Assembly: GCF_036971445.1 (NCBI RefSeq) | Contig: NC_091478.1 | Coordinates: 107,074,001-107,138,000, forward strand | Origin: Narcine bancroftii | Taxonomy: Eukaryota | Direction: 5' to 3' | DNA: 64,000 bases | Part shown: positions 11,493 through 25,025 of the stretch, in pieces | How positions within the stretch are numbered: position 1 is the stretch's first letter | Layout: the number at the start of each line of letters is the position of its first letter | Made by a program: the position numbers and the translations under genes | Notes under the pieces: generated by a model | The model's database searches: none | Seen by the model: the letters and a program-made list of their open reading frames with translations, nothing else | What the model was told of the DNA's origin: nothing

Positions 11493-11548
11493 GTGACGAC
11501 TAATGCTGTTCTCTGACAGGGGACAAGGAATCTCTTATTCTTCTACAC

Positions 11549-11890
11549 CAGTGGTTTTCAAACTGCCCCCCTAAACTCACACTCCACTTTAAGTAATCAC
11601 TAAGGGATTGCTTAAGGTGGTATGTGAGTGGAAAGAAAAAAATTGAAAACTAATTGTCCCACATTGACTCATTATGTGCACGGTTTCATAACTCCAATGG
11701 AAATGGGCCAATGACAGGTTTTATCAAGCAAAATATTTCAGTAACAATTGGGTCTAGAGCAGTGATTCTCAACCTTCCCTTCCCACTCACATCCCACCTT
11801 AAGCAATCCCTTACTCATCACAGATTACATATAATATAGTGATAACATAAGGAGGAATATAAGTTTAGGGGGTCAGTTTGAAAACCATTG
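11549..11890. mobile_element. hAT/Charlie-type MITE
   Basis: Ends CAGTGGTTTTCAAACTG ... CAGTTTGAAAACCATTG. Internal sequence is shared with the copies at 23929 and 44837. Confidence 0.75.
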
Positions 11891-12321
11891 CTATACATTT
11901 AGCATGTTAGGAACTTTGATTTTTTGAGAGCTGAGTGGTTGATTTGTGGAGAAATACATTGAGTTGCTTCTGGAAATCTGCACAAAAATCTTGAGATGTT
12001 AGAAATTTGAAGTCCGAAACAAAAATGCTGGAAACACTCAGCAGATCGGGTAGCATCAGTAGAAAGAGAAACAGTTAATATTTCAATTCATAAATCCTTT
12101 GTCTGAAAAATGAAAACTGAGTTTGAAGTTGCAGCGGAGATGAGGATCGCTATATAGGAGAATGGGAATATCCCTGGGGATAAGTTCTAGAGGTCATCTG
12201 GTCAATGAATTAATGGGGGATGTTAGAGGAAAAAAAACAGCAAGGAGGTGTGAGTAATTATAGAGGACAAATTTAGACAAAGGAAAACAAAAAGATTCAG
12301 AATGCCCAGCATTTTAGGTTG

Positions 12322-14267
12322 TCAAAGTTTAAATTTATTGTCAGAGTACATAAATAACATTGCATCCAACTCTGAGACTCAGAATGTGTGACATTACTTC
12401 ACTAACAGTTCCAAGCAATCAGCTAATCGGGATAGAACAACTGAATCTATTACTATAGATCGACAACTTACAGCAGGACTGGCCAGTACTGAAACAGACT
12501 GAGAAAGCGAGTTGTGTGAAGTTGTGGAGTTTGAAATTGATTCTGGAAGGCTGCAAGGTATCCAAATGGAATGTGAGCGGCTGTTCCTCCAGTTGCTTTT
12601 GCCTGAAGTCCTCCTTTTTGTCAGGCTAGTTTATAAAAAGCCCAAAGCAGTCATTTCACCAAAACCGATTAGATTTAGGTTTGCTGTTTCATGACAAGTG
12701 TTGTGGGTTCATGATCCTGAAGAGAGGGTTACTTTACCACTCAACCTTTTTGTTCATTCTGTTTTAATAAGTTACTGTAAATGTAAGGGATCAAATTCCT
12801 GATATTTTGCATTCTATCAGACTTGCTGGTTGAAAATCAGGCTGTAGTTTAATGACCCACTGATGTAGTTTGGATTTATAAAACAAGTGGTGTGTACACA
12901 CAAAGTACTGTCAACCATCTTGAACTTGAATGTGTATTTTGAATATTTTGTTTATAATTTTTCAAATCTATAATAATCCATAATAAAAATCACACTACGT
13001 TCTCCATTTGTATATAAGCTTCACCGTCGAATCCAAAAATACTATATAGAAAGACAAAATTAAATGGACAGTCACCCTAAACAAAAGGCAGCAATAAATT
13101 AGCCCTCGTCCCATATTCCTGTAACATTGATCAGTATCCCTATATCTTCCTGACAAGTTAAGGATTTAAGGACCAGAAAGTAAAACAAAACAATTACACT
13201 TAAAAAATTCTTATGAAAAAATAAAAGAAAAATTTAAGAAAAGCCCATAATTGTAGGATTCATGAGGACCCCCCACTGCCAACTCCCAGTCTTTGAATTT
13301 TTGTGGCTCACCTGATGAAGATGGATTCCCCCCCCCCCCCCCCCCCACCCTCAACAAGGAGAGGGTAGGCAGGAACGAACAGAGTGACAAAGCACAAGGA
13401 ACTGCACTATATATTTGCACCTTTAATAACATGGGTACAGTTGCCAAATTTTAAGGAAGGTCTGGATTCCATCTCCTTGAAAACTGCTCTTTGCAAGAGA
13501 TTTATTCAGTCTCCTTTAGAGAGTTGTATTTGAATTTGCTTTCACCCTTCTCTCTAATACTGGTTACCAGTGAATAACAATATGATCTCCAAAAACAGTA
13601 TCATTACTCATCTCCTGGCTCTTTTCTATGTTTATTTACTGAAGCACCCACCAGTGAGAATATTGTTTATTCTTAGTTACTTTCGTAAAACCTCTCAGTT
13701 TTAAACATTCTTAAATCTCACCTTGCGAATAATCTTATTTTTTTCAAGACACTTGAATATAATTGGTCCCTAATCTCTTTACCTTTGGGGCAGCACAGTT
13801 GGTGTAGCAGTTAATGCAACACCTTTACAGCGCCAGTGATTGGGACCGGGGTTCGAATCCCACGCTGTCTGTAAAGAGTTTGTTCATTCTTTCCATGTCT
13901 GTGTGTGTTTTCCCTGAAGACTCCGGTTTCCTCCCACCGTTCAAAACTTCTCAGGGCTGTCGGTTAATTGAATGGCACGGACTCTTGGGCTGAACTGACC
14001 TGTTACCATGCTGTATGTCTACATTTAAAAATTCTGTGATCCTCATTTTCAGAAGTTAACACACTTCAATATGGCAAGAGGTAATCCTAGGCTCTGATGC
14101 TTTGCTGTAAACTTGCCAAATCCTTTCAACAGCTGTCACGTGTTCATCTTTGACTGATCCACATTGCTGATTGTTTGGAACTGTTAGTGAGGTAACGTCA
14201 CACATTCTGAGTCTCAAGGTTGGGTATGATGTTATTTATGTATTCTGACGATAAATTTAAACTTTGA
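12322..14267. repeat. Inverted repeat pair, ~100 bp arms (12322-12423 and 14166-14267), ~89% identical
   Basis: tcaaagtttaaatttattgtcagagtacata...ctgagactcagaatgtgtgac...ttccaagcaatcagc recurs as its reverse complement at 14166-14267. Confidence 0.8.
13787..14030 (+). mobile_element. tRNA-derived V-SINE (HE1-like)
   Basis: tRNA-like head with B box GGTTCGAATCC, followed by the V-domain-like gtctgtaaagagtttg...ctccggtttcctccca. Related copies at ~32070-32215 (+), ~46400-46590 (-), ~52265-52495 (-). Confidence 0.75.
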
Positions 14268-14541
14268 ACTTTAGTTCATTTCCTAGTAAGACTAATTGTG
14301 GCTAGAAGCAAACCAAACACACTGTGTGCACATCTTTTTAAGGCTATAAAATATTATATCTCCAAATAGTGCACTCTGTTAATGAATAAAAGTATGTGAT
14401 AGACTGCAGTCAAGCTTTGCCAGAGTCCACTATAGCCTTTCACAGCTGTTTTTCTCTTCTTGACCATACAATAAATCCCCTGATGGTGTTCTTTACTAGC
14501 ATGGAAACTTCCTTTTAGATATGATGTGAAGTTACAGTGTC

Positions 14542-16624
14542 AAAATGAGTGGTGGACTAGCCTCGCCAAACGAACCCAGCTCAGCGCGGACATTGGCGAC
14601 TTCAGGGGTTTCTACGAGGCTCTAAAGGCTGTGTACGGCCCCTCACCCCAAGTCCAAAGCCCGCTGCGCAGCTCAGACGGCAAAGTCCTCCTCAGCGACA
14701 AGATCTCCATCCTCAACCGATGGTCAGAACACTTCCAATCTCTTTTCAGTGCCAACCGCTCAGTCCAAGATTCCGCCCTGCTCCAGCTCCCTCAACAGCC
14801 CCTAAGGCTAGAGCTGGATGAGGTTCCCACCCTGGATGAGACATATAAGGCAATCGAACAACTGAAAAGTGGCAAAGCCGCAGGTATGGATGGAATCCCC
14901 CCAGAAGTCTGGAAGGCTGGCGGCAAAACTCTGCATGCCAAACTGCATGAGTTTTTCAAGCTTTGTTGGGACCAAGGTAAACTGCCTCAGGATCTTCGTG
15001 ATGCCACCATCATCACCCTGTACAAAAACAAAGGCGAGAAATCAGACTGCTCAAACTACAGGGGAATCACGTTGCTCTCCATTGCAGGCAAAATCTTCGC
15101 TAGGATTCTACTAAATAGAATAATACCTAGTGTCGCCGAGAATATTCTCCCAGAATCACAGTGCGGCTTTCGCGCAAACAGAGGAACTACTGACATGGTC
15201 TTTGCCCTCAGACAGCTCCAAGAAAAATGCAGAGAACAAAACAAAGGACTCTACATCACCTTTGTTGACCTCACCAAAGCCTTCGACACCGTGAGCAGGA
15301 AAGGGCTTTGGCAAATACTAGAGCGCATCGGATGTCCCCCAAAGTTCCTCAACATGATTATCCAACTGCACGAAAACCAACAAGGTCGGGTCAGATACAG
15401 CAATGAGCTCTCTGAACCCTTCTCCATTAACAATGGCGTGAAGCAAGGCTGTGTTCTGGCACCAACCCTCTTTTCAATCTTCTTCAGCATGATGCTGAAC
15501 CAAGCCATGAAAGACCCCAACAATGAAGACGCTGTTTACATCCGGTACCGCACGGATGGCAGTCTCTTCAATCTGAGGCGCCTGCAAGCTCACACCAAGA
15601 CACAAGAGAAACTTGTCCGTGAACTACTCTTTGCAGACGATGCCGCTTTAGTTGCCCATTCAGAGCCAGCTCTTCAGCGCTTGACGTCCTGCTTTGCGGA
15701 AACTGCCAAAATGTTTGGCCTGGAAGTCAGCCTGAAGATAACTGAGGTCCTCCATCAGCCAGCTCCCCACCATGATTACCAGCCCCCCCACATCTCCATC
15801 GGGCACACAAAACTCAAAACGGTCAACCAGTTTACCTATCTCGGCTGCACCATTTCATCAGATGCAAGGATCGACAATGAGATAGACAACAGACTCGCCA
15901 AGGCAAATAGCGCCTTTGGAAGACTACACAAAAGAGTCTGGAAAAACAACCAACTGAAAAACCTCACAAAGATAAGCGTATACAGAGCCGTTGTCATACC
16001 CACACTCCTGTTCGGCTCCGAATCATGGGTCCTCTACCGGCACCACCTACGGCTCCTAGAGCGCTTCCACCAGCGTTGTCTCCGCTCCATCCTCAACATC
16101 CATTGGAGCGCTTACATCCCTAACGTCGAAGTACTTGAGATGGCAGAGGTCGACAGCATCGAGTCCACGCTGCTGAAGATCCAGCTGCGCTGGATGGGTC
16201 ACGTCTCCAGAATGGAGGACCATCGCCTTCCCAAGATCGTGTTATATGGCGAGCTCTCCACTGGCCACCGTGACAGAGGTGCACCAAAGAAAAGGTACAA
16301 GGACTGCCTAAAGAAATCTCTTGGTGCCTGCCACATTGACCACCGCCAGTGGGCTGATAACGCCTCAAACCGTGCATCTTGGCGCCTCACAGTTTGGCGG
16401 GCAGCAACCTCCTTTGAAGAAGACCGCAGAGCCCACCTCACTGACAAAAGGCAAAGGAGGAAAAACCCAACACCCAACCCCAACCAACCAATTTTCCCCT
16501 GCAACCGCTGCAATCGTGTCTGCCTGTCCCGCATCGGACTTGTCAGCCACAAACGAGCCTGCAGCTGACGTGGACTTTTTTACCCCCTCCATAAATCTTC
16601 GTCCGCGAAGCCAAGCCAAAGAAG
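14542..16624 (+). mobile_element. Young 5'-truncated RTE-clade LINE with uninterrupted RT ORF (stop at 16568)
   Basis: 680-aa ORF with RT motifs (NYRGITLL, QCGFR, FVDLTKAFDTV, GVKQGCVLAPTLF, LFADD, YLG) and a C-terminal CxxC...H. Short GAAG-type tail. 8-bp TSD ACAGTGTC at 14534-14541 and 16625-16632. Confidence 0.93.
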
Positions 16625-19600
16625 ACAGTGTCGAGCCTCTGGGGTGTACCCCAGACAAATGACAGAGTGTGAATTTGGTAACCAGTCATGCAGTGATAAC
16701 TCTCCCAATGGACGCACGAGAAAATGTGGCAGAAGGTAGCAGTTCAAAATATGGAAGAAATGGTCCTTCTGGTGGTGGGTCCTTCCAAAGTAAAATGATA
16801 GTGAATTCAGTGAAGCATGTTATGAAAAAATTACAGAACCACTGGCTTTTTAGAATATTGTTTTGATTTGTCATTTTGATGAGGCTAAGATAAATTTTAA
16901 AAATATAGACGAGTTAGCACTTCTCTCACATATTACAGACAAACATCAGATAATATATGAATAACACATTGAAAAGGCCCGTTTCTTAAACAAATGTTTG
17001 TCAAGTATTTTTAAATTTTGATTGAGGCCTTATGTCCACTAGCTGGTGAAATCATGAATTTTTAAAATGTTAGTTACACTTTAAATGAAATTGATAATCT
17101 ATTGTGATGGTCATTTTTCTCTATTTTTTTCTCCAAACTAATTTATTATTCCATTAGTTTTTTTTTCAAAAGGGGTAAAAAGCTGTTGATGATACAATGT
17201 TGTAGTAATTCCTTTGAGGCTCTCTCTTGCTCTGACAGCAGTTATATAGAAGATACATTCTGAAGTATTTTTGCCAGCTGGAATGAGAGCTTAACCGTTT
17301 TTTTTGGTGCAACTGGGTCCAATCACTCAGGCATTAAGATATAGCATTAAAAGTGTGAATCATCAAACTGCAATCCTAAATAATTCATGCTCCACAAATC
17401 ACTGGAAGACCACAAACATGAAGTGAAGAATGAGCATATTTATACAATGAGGAAAGTGTGAGGTTTGTCTTTTTGAACAGCTCCAAATTAAGTTGGGTGT
17501 TCCCAAGAGCTTGACAGCATTTACAGAATCTCCGCTTGAGTTGTCCTGCACCTGGTGTCTTTTGGATTTAGTGACTTTCCTTTTGGGGAGTCCCTTGGGA
17601 TTGAGGATGACTTGCTTTCACTCTGGCACTGAGGAAACTAATATCTGATGTGCAATCTGCAGATTTGTGCACAGATGGAGCAGCTGAAGCTTAACAGAGT
17701 AGGTGGATGAACTATTTAGCATGGTGTATCCTCCTTCCACTGTTCACATGTGGCATTTGAGATGTGGAGACTTGAGATGCCTCTTTTTCACCTGGATCCA
17801 CTCCCATTTTGAATAATTGCAGGCCAGAGATGCCCTTGGATCAGTAAGAATATTGAATAACACATTTCTATGTCTGCATGCTCTGCAGAGCTTTATTAAA
17901 ATGCTTTTTAATCAGACATTGGGCACGTGGACATTTGGGCTGGACCTTGTTGGATCATGGTCAGACCCCCTATATTAGGAATGTGGGTGTGAAGGAACTT
18001 GCTGACTTGAATTACTTCACCTGTCATATCACTGGATTTGGAGAATTTTATGAAGACCAGAGTTATGAAGGTTTAATGTGTTGAGGTGTTAGTGCAGGTC
18101 ACTTGTTAATCCACTGCATATATGCTACCCTGTATTCTTTGGGCTTGGAACTGGATTGTGGTTTTAGACCAAACCCTTTTCAGCTGGCAAAATCTGTGCT
18201 TGTGCACTGGAAAAGGATGGTGTCATTAATTGTATTGGAGGTGAACTGACAGGTTAAGGTAGATAACCTGTTAGGATCGCTATGGAAAAAGCTGAATGGT
18301 TTAAAAAAAAACTGTTCTCAACAGTCAGACAATGAGTTCCAGAAAGATGGGTACAAATCCGAAACTGACCAAGTGATGGTTTGGAAGGAAGGGTGGTTGA
18401 GGGTTTGAAAGTGATAACAGCAGATTTGATGAAAAAAAGGTTAATACTTGACACAGAAGAGCTGTAATTTAATTGTGTCTTTATTCATTTTATGCATATA
18501 TATCAAAGCTTTCTATCAACCTTCACAGCACTAGTGGTGATTAAGAAATACTTTTGAAATTGTTCGTATTGTTCATTGCAAATGTTTTTAAAACTTGTGA
18601 AATTTGTCTTGTGAATATTCATAGCTCAAAAGGATTTAAATTGGCCATTCATAAATTTTCCCCCAAACTCTGACATCCAAGAGCATTTGTGCAGTGCGGT
18701 CACTAATGACCTTGTGATCTTCCAATGTGCACAATACATATTCAGTCATTGTAGATCTCTGGATGGATACTTGTCTCTGAACCTTAAAGGTTCTACTCCT
18801 TTCTAAGAAACTGTTAAAAGTTCATAACTGAAGAGGTATTCATTGTTTATCTTCCTTTTTTAAGACACCTTGAACAGAATCTGCCATGTAGTTGTAAAAA
18901 ATCCCACAACACTAAGAGCAGTTTCATTCTACTAACATATATCCTCAATTATGAGGACCAGTACATTTGGATTAATAACTTTTCTCATTTTTATCTTTGG
19001 TATAGTGATGTGTGAAAATTCCATGTTGGCTAATAACTGCAGTAATTACATCTCAAAATTGTTTATTGGGTGTTAACCAATTTAGATCCTCCTGAAAACC
19101 AAATTTCTTTGGTTGAGTTCACTCTTGAATGATCAAAATTATTGTTAGTATAATATCGAATTGGAATAATCTGTCAATGGAAACACCTTCTTTGAAATGT
19201 GAATTGAAGGGTACTATAGTTATATTGAAATCCATAATATAGATCAGAAGATGCCAGGTACTGATGGATTTGGTCTTTTTTCAATTGCTTGGACTTTAAA
19301 AAATCATATTTTACCAAGATACCCAGATGTACAAATTCATATTGTTCCCAATAACACTGCCCTCCAATAACCTCAAATATGCATAGCTCAATATACTGAA
19401 TCTATTCGTAAATATTGTATGCCACTCTACTGAAGTACGAATTTGGAAATGTATATCAAGGATTATATCTACTGATTATATTACAAAGTGCTTATCCACA
19501 CATCCACATGCATATTGTTTTTACATCTATCAACTTTCTACTGCAATGATCAAAAAGGACTTTTTGACATGAGTGAGATGCGAATACACATTTTTGTGAG

Positions 19601-20800
19601 TTCTGATGTGATTTATTTTAATAATGAAACAATTCTTACATTATGTTTTTTAATTTTAAAATTTGTATCTCGCATGGCATGCAATAATAATATGAATGTT
19701 TATCTCTGCTTTAGGTCCACGTTAATCTTTTGATTAATTACTCTGCACATCGTTTTTAAAATTGCACAATACATAACAGCATTGCTTTCTATTTCGTCAT
19801 TCTTTTGCGTATGAGGAGCATCATCAGAAATATCCTTTGTACTGTTATATCCATGCTAAGTGCCTACCTGGAATTTACAAGGGAAATCATAGATCCATCT
19901 AGGCTTCAGAACTGGTTAATAAAAGGCATAGAAATTTATAACGTAAAATAGGCTATTGATAATCGTAAAATGATTCAAATTTGTTGGGAGGACTTATTGT
20001 CCTTTGTTGGAAATTGTGATGTATTAGAACACTCCAAGTGATGATGCACAGCTTATTTTCTTTGTTGTTAATATCAAATTCATAGAATTAATCATGCAAA
20101 TGAAGAAAGTGCAACAACCTGTTTTCAATTCTTATAACCTTGTTTTGAATATTCTTTATAAATGAACCCACTTAGGTTTGTTGCAAATTTTTTTCATTAA
20201 AGATTTTTTTAAAGTAATTGCGTGTGTAAATGATTGAAATGTAAGTCATAGCAAATCATATCAAATATTGCAACATCATTTTTTTTCCTGATCTTTTGTG
20301 CAGGTTTCTGTACCTGGTTCCATGTCCTGCTTACATTTTTTTTTGTGCCATTTTTCCATGTTCTAGTGTCAAAACAAGTGTCTGCAAAGTTAAAGCACAG
20401 ATTAGGTGTTTGGCTAGATTCACGGGCTATTCTCCTGTATTGCAAGCCATGTTCATGAGTGTAATTCATCTTAAATTCAAATTTCATTTGCCAAGAGCTT
20501 TTGTCCAATGCAGCCATCCAACTCGGACAAAAAAATGATTTAAAAGAAAACAATAGTGATTTGTTCCCTGCAAAGAAAAATGCAGTTCTTTTCCATTCCA
20601 TGCTAGATTAGGTGACATTGATATGGTATATGTTTGGGGTCCATTAGTCATATCACCAGTTACCAGAATTCTGGATCTTATTTTTAACAGAACTCCCTTA
20701 AAATAATCGGTATTCCCTTGTTGAATTGTTTGAGCAGAAAGGAATATACTTCGAGGCCTCAAGAGTTTGTTTATATTTTCTGACAAACTTTGTATTTCAG

Positions 20801-20913
20801 GAAATGAATGGGATATTGAAGACACTGCTTTCAAGTTGGTTTTCTATAGGATTCTTGAAGTTAGAGCATGTCACCTGGCAATCCTCTTGTGAACTCCTGC
20901 AAAAAATTAGTGA
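20801..20913 (+). CDS. MLYCD: Malonyl-CoA decarboxylase, exon 2
   Basis: tttcag|GAAATG...GA|gtaagt, 113 nt; [37 protein letters not shown]. Confidence 0.95.
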
Positions 20914-22119
20914 GTAAGTTTTTTTAAAATCAGTATGTGATTGACACAATCCCTAATATTCCAGCAAAGCTACAAACAAAATTAGGAATGTTTTAATAAG
21001 ATCAAGTCCAAGTATCGATCTCTTTGATCTCAAAGCTAGATATCAATAGTTAGTTTCTGATGGATCATTAAAGCACAAAAGGGGCCTCTTTGACCCATTG
21101 AACCTATTCCTCAAAGGCTTCAGCTAACAATTATCTAAAAGTATCTGCAGAAGTTAATTGAAAACATAATATGCTTCTGACTTCCTGCACTACTAAAATA
21201 TTGACTCCAGGCTAGCCAGTAAAAATGAGATTTTAATGTAGACTCTGTGCTGAGAAAATAGGTGGATTACCCATTTTATCAGTGAGTGGAATAGGAAATC
21301 TTCCACTGAGATTACAATGACTCTGGACAGTTAAATTTGATTTGTTGTGGGTGGATTTGAATCCACTCCCTTGCTTACCAACCCAAAGTAAAACTGAGGG
21401 AATTATTTTAAATTTTCTTTAAGTAGACGATCACTGTGCATGATCTGCCCATAATTTTAGTCAGATTTCATTTATTTTGGCATTTCAGTTTTGGAAATTT
21501 ATGATTTTGACTTCAGTTCAACTTTTACCTAAAGTCATTAAATTGTACACCATGGAAACAGTCCATTGAGAGCCAGTTGTTCTTTTTATACCTTGGCATT
21601 TCAAGTGCTCATCCAGACATTTCTTAATGACCCACCTTCAACCACTCTCAGGCAATGAATTCTAGGTTCTTTCCACCCTTTGTGTGAAAAAGGCCTCCCT
21701 TGTATCCCCGTTAAATCTCTTTCCCGCGCCCCCCCAAAAAAAACCTAGTGTCCTCTAGTTCTTTTTTTAATTTCTGAAATGGGGAAAAGTTTCATGCTGT
21801 CTATGCTCTCCATCTCTCATCATTTTAAATATGCAAATCACATCCTTTCTTAACCTCCTCTGCACAGGAAGAATGAAGGTAGCTTTCTTTCTTTCTCATA
21901 ATTGAACTGCTCTACCCCAGCAACATCCTGGTGAGTCTCTTGCACCCTCTCCAATTTCATCATATTCTTCCTGAAAGGTCTTGAGCAGAACTGCATACAG
22001 TACTCAATTTGACGTCAAACAAAGGTTTTCTAAAGTTGGAACATAACCTTGCTACTTCTCCATGCATGCCCTGACTAATGAAGGCTGTTAACACATGCAC
22101 CTTCCTGACTTCTTATCTG

Positions 22120-23620
22120 CTTGAAAAAAACACAGCAGGTCAAACAATGTACTTTATATAGCAAAGATGAAGATACATAACTAACATTTCAGGTGTGAAA
22201 AAATGTAGGCAGGTGGCTGAACAAAATGGTGGGGAGGGGGCAGGGGAGGCGCATAGTGCCAAAGGCAGGAAGTAATAGGTGGATATGGGAGGGAGGGCAT
22301 AACAACCAACGGGGGAGGGGGCGATGGCTCTGTGAATAGAGAGGGAAGGGGGTGGAGAGCTAGAGGAAAGAAGGGAAAGGGAGGGAGGGAAAACGGAAAA
22401 GCTAATGTTAATGCCTCCAGTTGGAGAGTGCTCAGTTGGAAAATCAAGTGTTGTTCCTCTAATTTATAGGTGGTCTTGGTGGGTCAGTACATGAGAGCGT
22501 GGACAGACATGAGACATGACAGCATGGGAGTATGGTGTGGAATTGAAACAGTTGGCCACTTGGAGAACCCTGTCTCTGATGTAGATAGAGCGAAGGTACT
22601 CAGTGAAGCAATCTCCCAGTCTCTCCGATGTAGAAAAGGCCAGACTTAACAAACATAGGATTCTCCTTGTTGTCAACTACCACCCTACTAGTCTCCACAT
22701 CCAACACATTATCCTCCATAATTTCTGCCAACTCCAACCCTGCACCAGACACATCTTCCTCTCTCCTCCCCTTTCCACCTTCTGTAGAGACCACTCCCTC
22801 TGTGATTCCCTCGTCCACTCATCCCTTCCCACCAATTGTCCCTCGGTACCTTCCCCTACAGCTGCCAAAAATGGCACACTTGTGCCCACAGCTCTTCCCT
22901 TGAAAACCATTTGTAAAATTGCAGGAGCTATCTACTGCATCTGGTGCTCCCGCTGTGGTCTTCTACATTGGAAGACTGGGGGCAGATTGGGAGATCACTT
23001 CACTGAGCACCTTTGCTCTGACTGCATCAATGGCAGGGATCTCCCAGTAGCTAATCATTTCCATGTCACACTCCCATGTTGACATGTCTGACCATGGCCT
23101 CATGTACAGCTCCACCAAGACCACCTGTAAATTGGAGGAGCAATGTTTGATTTTCCGGCTGGGCATTCTCCAACTGATGGCATTAGTCAAGTCAAGTTTA
23201 TTGTAATCTGACTGATGAAACAGTGTTCTCTGGTCCTCGGTGCAAAACATGCAGACACACAACCAGACATAACACACATATAAACAATACATATGCAGAA
23301 CAAGTATTTTAATCTATAAAAATAAATAAACATTAACAGTGACTTCCCAGGTTTCTGCTTGCCTACTCTCTGTTGCCCCTCCCTTCGCTTTCCATTTGTC
23401 TTCTTTCCTCCAGTTTTCCAACCCTTTCTCCATTCACAGAGCCATCCCCTCCCCCTGCTTCTTGTTGTGCCTTCCCTCCTGCCCCTCCCTCCCCCATTTT
23501 GTTTGGGTGCCTGCCGAAATCTTTTCATACCTTGATGTAGTGCTCAAGCCTTGAATGTTGGTTATGTACGTTTTTCTTTGCTCTATATGTACATTGTTTG
23601 ACCTGCTGAGTTTCCAGTAT
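22120..23620. mobile_element. Penelope-like element remnant (GIY-YIG region) in inverted arrangement
   Basis: + strand 'AIYCIWCSRCGLLH.KTGGRLGDHFTEHL...LPVANHF'. The - strand 22464-22625 carries the homologous 'RLGDCFTEYLRSI...VANCFNS'. Confidence 0.7.
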
Positions 23621-23928
23621 TTTTTTAAACCATGGTTTAAGCAGACTTTCGTGTTGTACTCTTGTTATTCACGTGTTGTTGCCTTCAGAAATATTTGGAT
23701 GTACTCCCAGGTCCCTCTATTCCTTAATGCAGAACCCAATGTTAATTAAACCTTTGAGTTTCCTCACAAGTAGTCCTTGCTTTAAAATAGATGCAGTTTA
23801 CTTTGAATTCCCTTGATGTGCCCTTCCTCTCTTGTGCAACTGGGGTGACTACTTTTCCTTTAGACTAGGAGATGTACCTATCTGTTTAAACAATCTGAGA
23901 TCCTTTATTCTGCCAACTCAGTTTAAAC

Positions 23929-24300
23929 CAGTGGTTCTCAACCTTTTTCTTTCACTCGCATACCAATTTAAGTAATCCCTATTCCATCGGTGCTCTGTGA
24001 TTAGTGAGGGATTACTTAAGGTGGGATGTGAGTGGGAAGGGAAGGTTGAGAATCACTGCTCTCGACCCAATTGTTACTGAAATATTTTGTTTGAGAAAAA
24101 AATGTCATTGGCCCATTTCCTTTGGAGTTATGAAACTGCACATAACAAGTCAATTAAGTACAATTAAAACAGTGGTTTTCAAACTTTTTCTTTCCACCCA
24201 CATTCCAACTTAAGCAATCCCTTACTAATCACAGAGTACCTATGGCATAGGGATTACTTAAAGTGGTATGTGGTGGAAAGAAGGTGGTCGAGAACCACTG
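23929..24300. mobile_element. hAT/Charlie-type MITE
   Basis: TIRs CAGTGGTTCTC...GAGAACCACTG; degenerate 8-bp TSD gtttaaac/gttcaaag. Confidence 0.8.
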
Positions 24301-24650
24301 GTTCAAAGCTTCCCCAACAGTGTTAACAAACATCTGAGCAAGGATATTGATCCAACTCTAGTTAGGATGAACTCTGTCCTGCCTGCACAGGTTCAATTTC
24401 CCCAGAAATGGTCACAATAGAATAGAAAGCTAAAGCTCATCCTGCACCACCTCTTCAGCCATACATTCATCTGATTTATCCTTCTATTCCTTTTACGCAA
24501 CAGCTAATGGCACTGGAAGTAATCCAGAGTAGTTCCACAGATCACAACCTTGTGAGCTTCTGTTCTTTAAATGGTTCCCTTCTCTCAAAACTCACATATT
24601 AGGTTGTCTGCCCTTTCATTACCTATGAAAGCATTATTTCATTCTTTCAG

Positions 24651-24807
24651 ATACGAGGCAGTGCATCCTGTCAGAAGCTGGACTGATATTAAACGCCGGG
24701 TTGGACCTTATAGAAGATGCTATGTTTTCACACACAGTGCGATGCCAGGAGAACCTCTGGTAGTTCTACATGTGGCACTGACAGATAATATTTCTAAAAG
24801 TATACAG
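24651..24807 (+). CDS. MLYCD: Malonyl-CoA decarboxylase, exon 3
   Basis: ctttcag|ATAC...CAG|gtaagc, 157 nt; (E)[52 protein letters not shown]. Confidence 0.96.
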
Positions 24808-25025
24808 GTAAGCTCCTTGTTTTAAATACTAGCCTATAGTGTACAATACCATGACGCCAGTATTCAGAAAATAAATACCAATGAAATACTCAACAATAAA
24901 AATGTCATAATAATTATTGAAGACAGTTCTATTTCAATTTGTTATGGCTTAGTGGTAGCAGTTAATCTGCACTCCTGAGCACTCAAATTATCAAACCAGA
25001 TTGGGGTGGAACCAGTCAGTATATA

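Noticed and set aside
13787-13865. tRNA-like sequence with GGTTCGAATCC
   Set aside because: It continues into a SINE body with several decayed copies in the window, so it is a SINE head rather than a tRNA gene.
14526-16568. 680-aa reverse transcriptase ORF as a host gene or prokaryotic retron/DGR-type system
   Set aside because: It has RTE LINE motifs, 5' truncation, a TSD and a second copy. The listed start codon lies in flanking DNA.
16745-16790. NGPSG peptide reminiscent of the OSGIN1 GNGPSG motif (OSGIN1 neighbours MLYCD in mammals)
   Set aside because: The surrounding residues do not match, there are no suitable splice sites, and it lies inside MLYCD intron 1. No OSGIN1 coding exon was recognised in the window.
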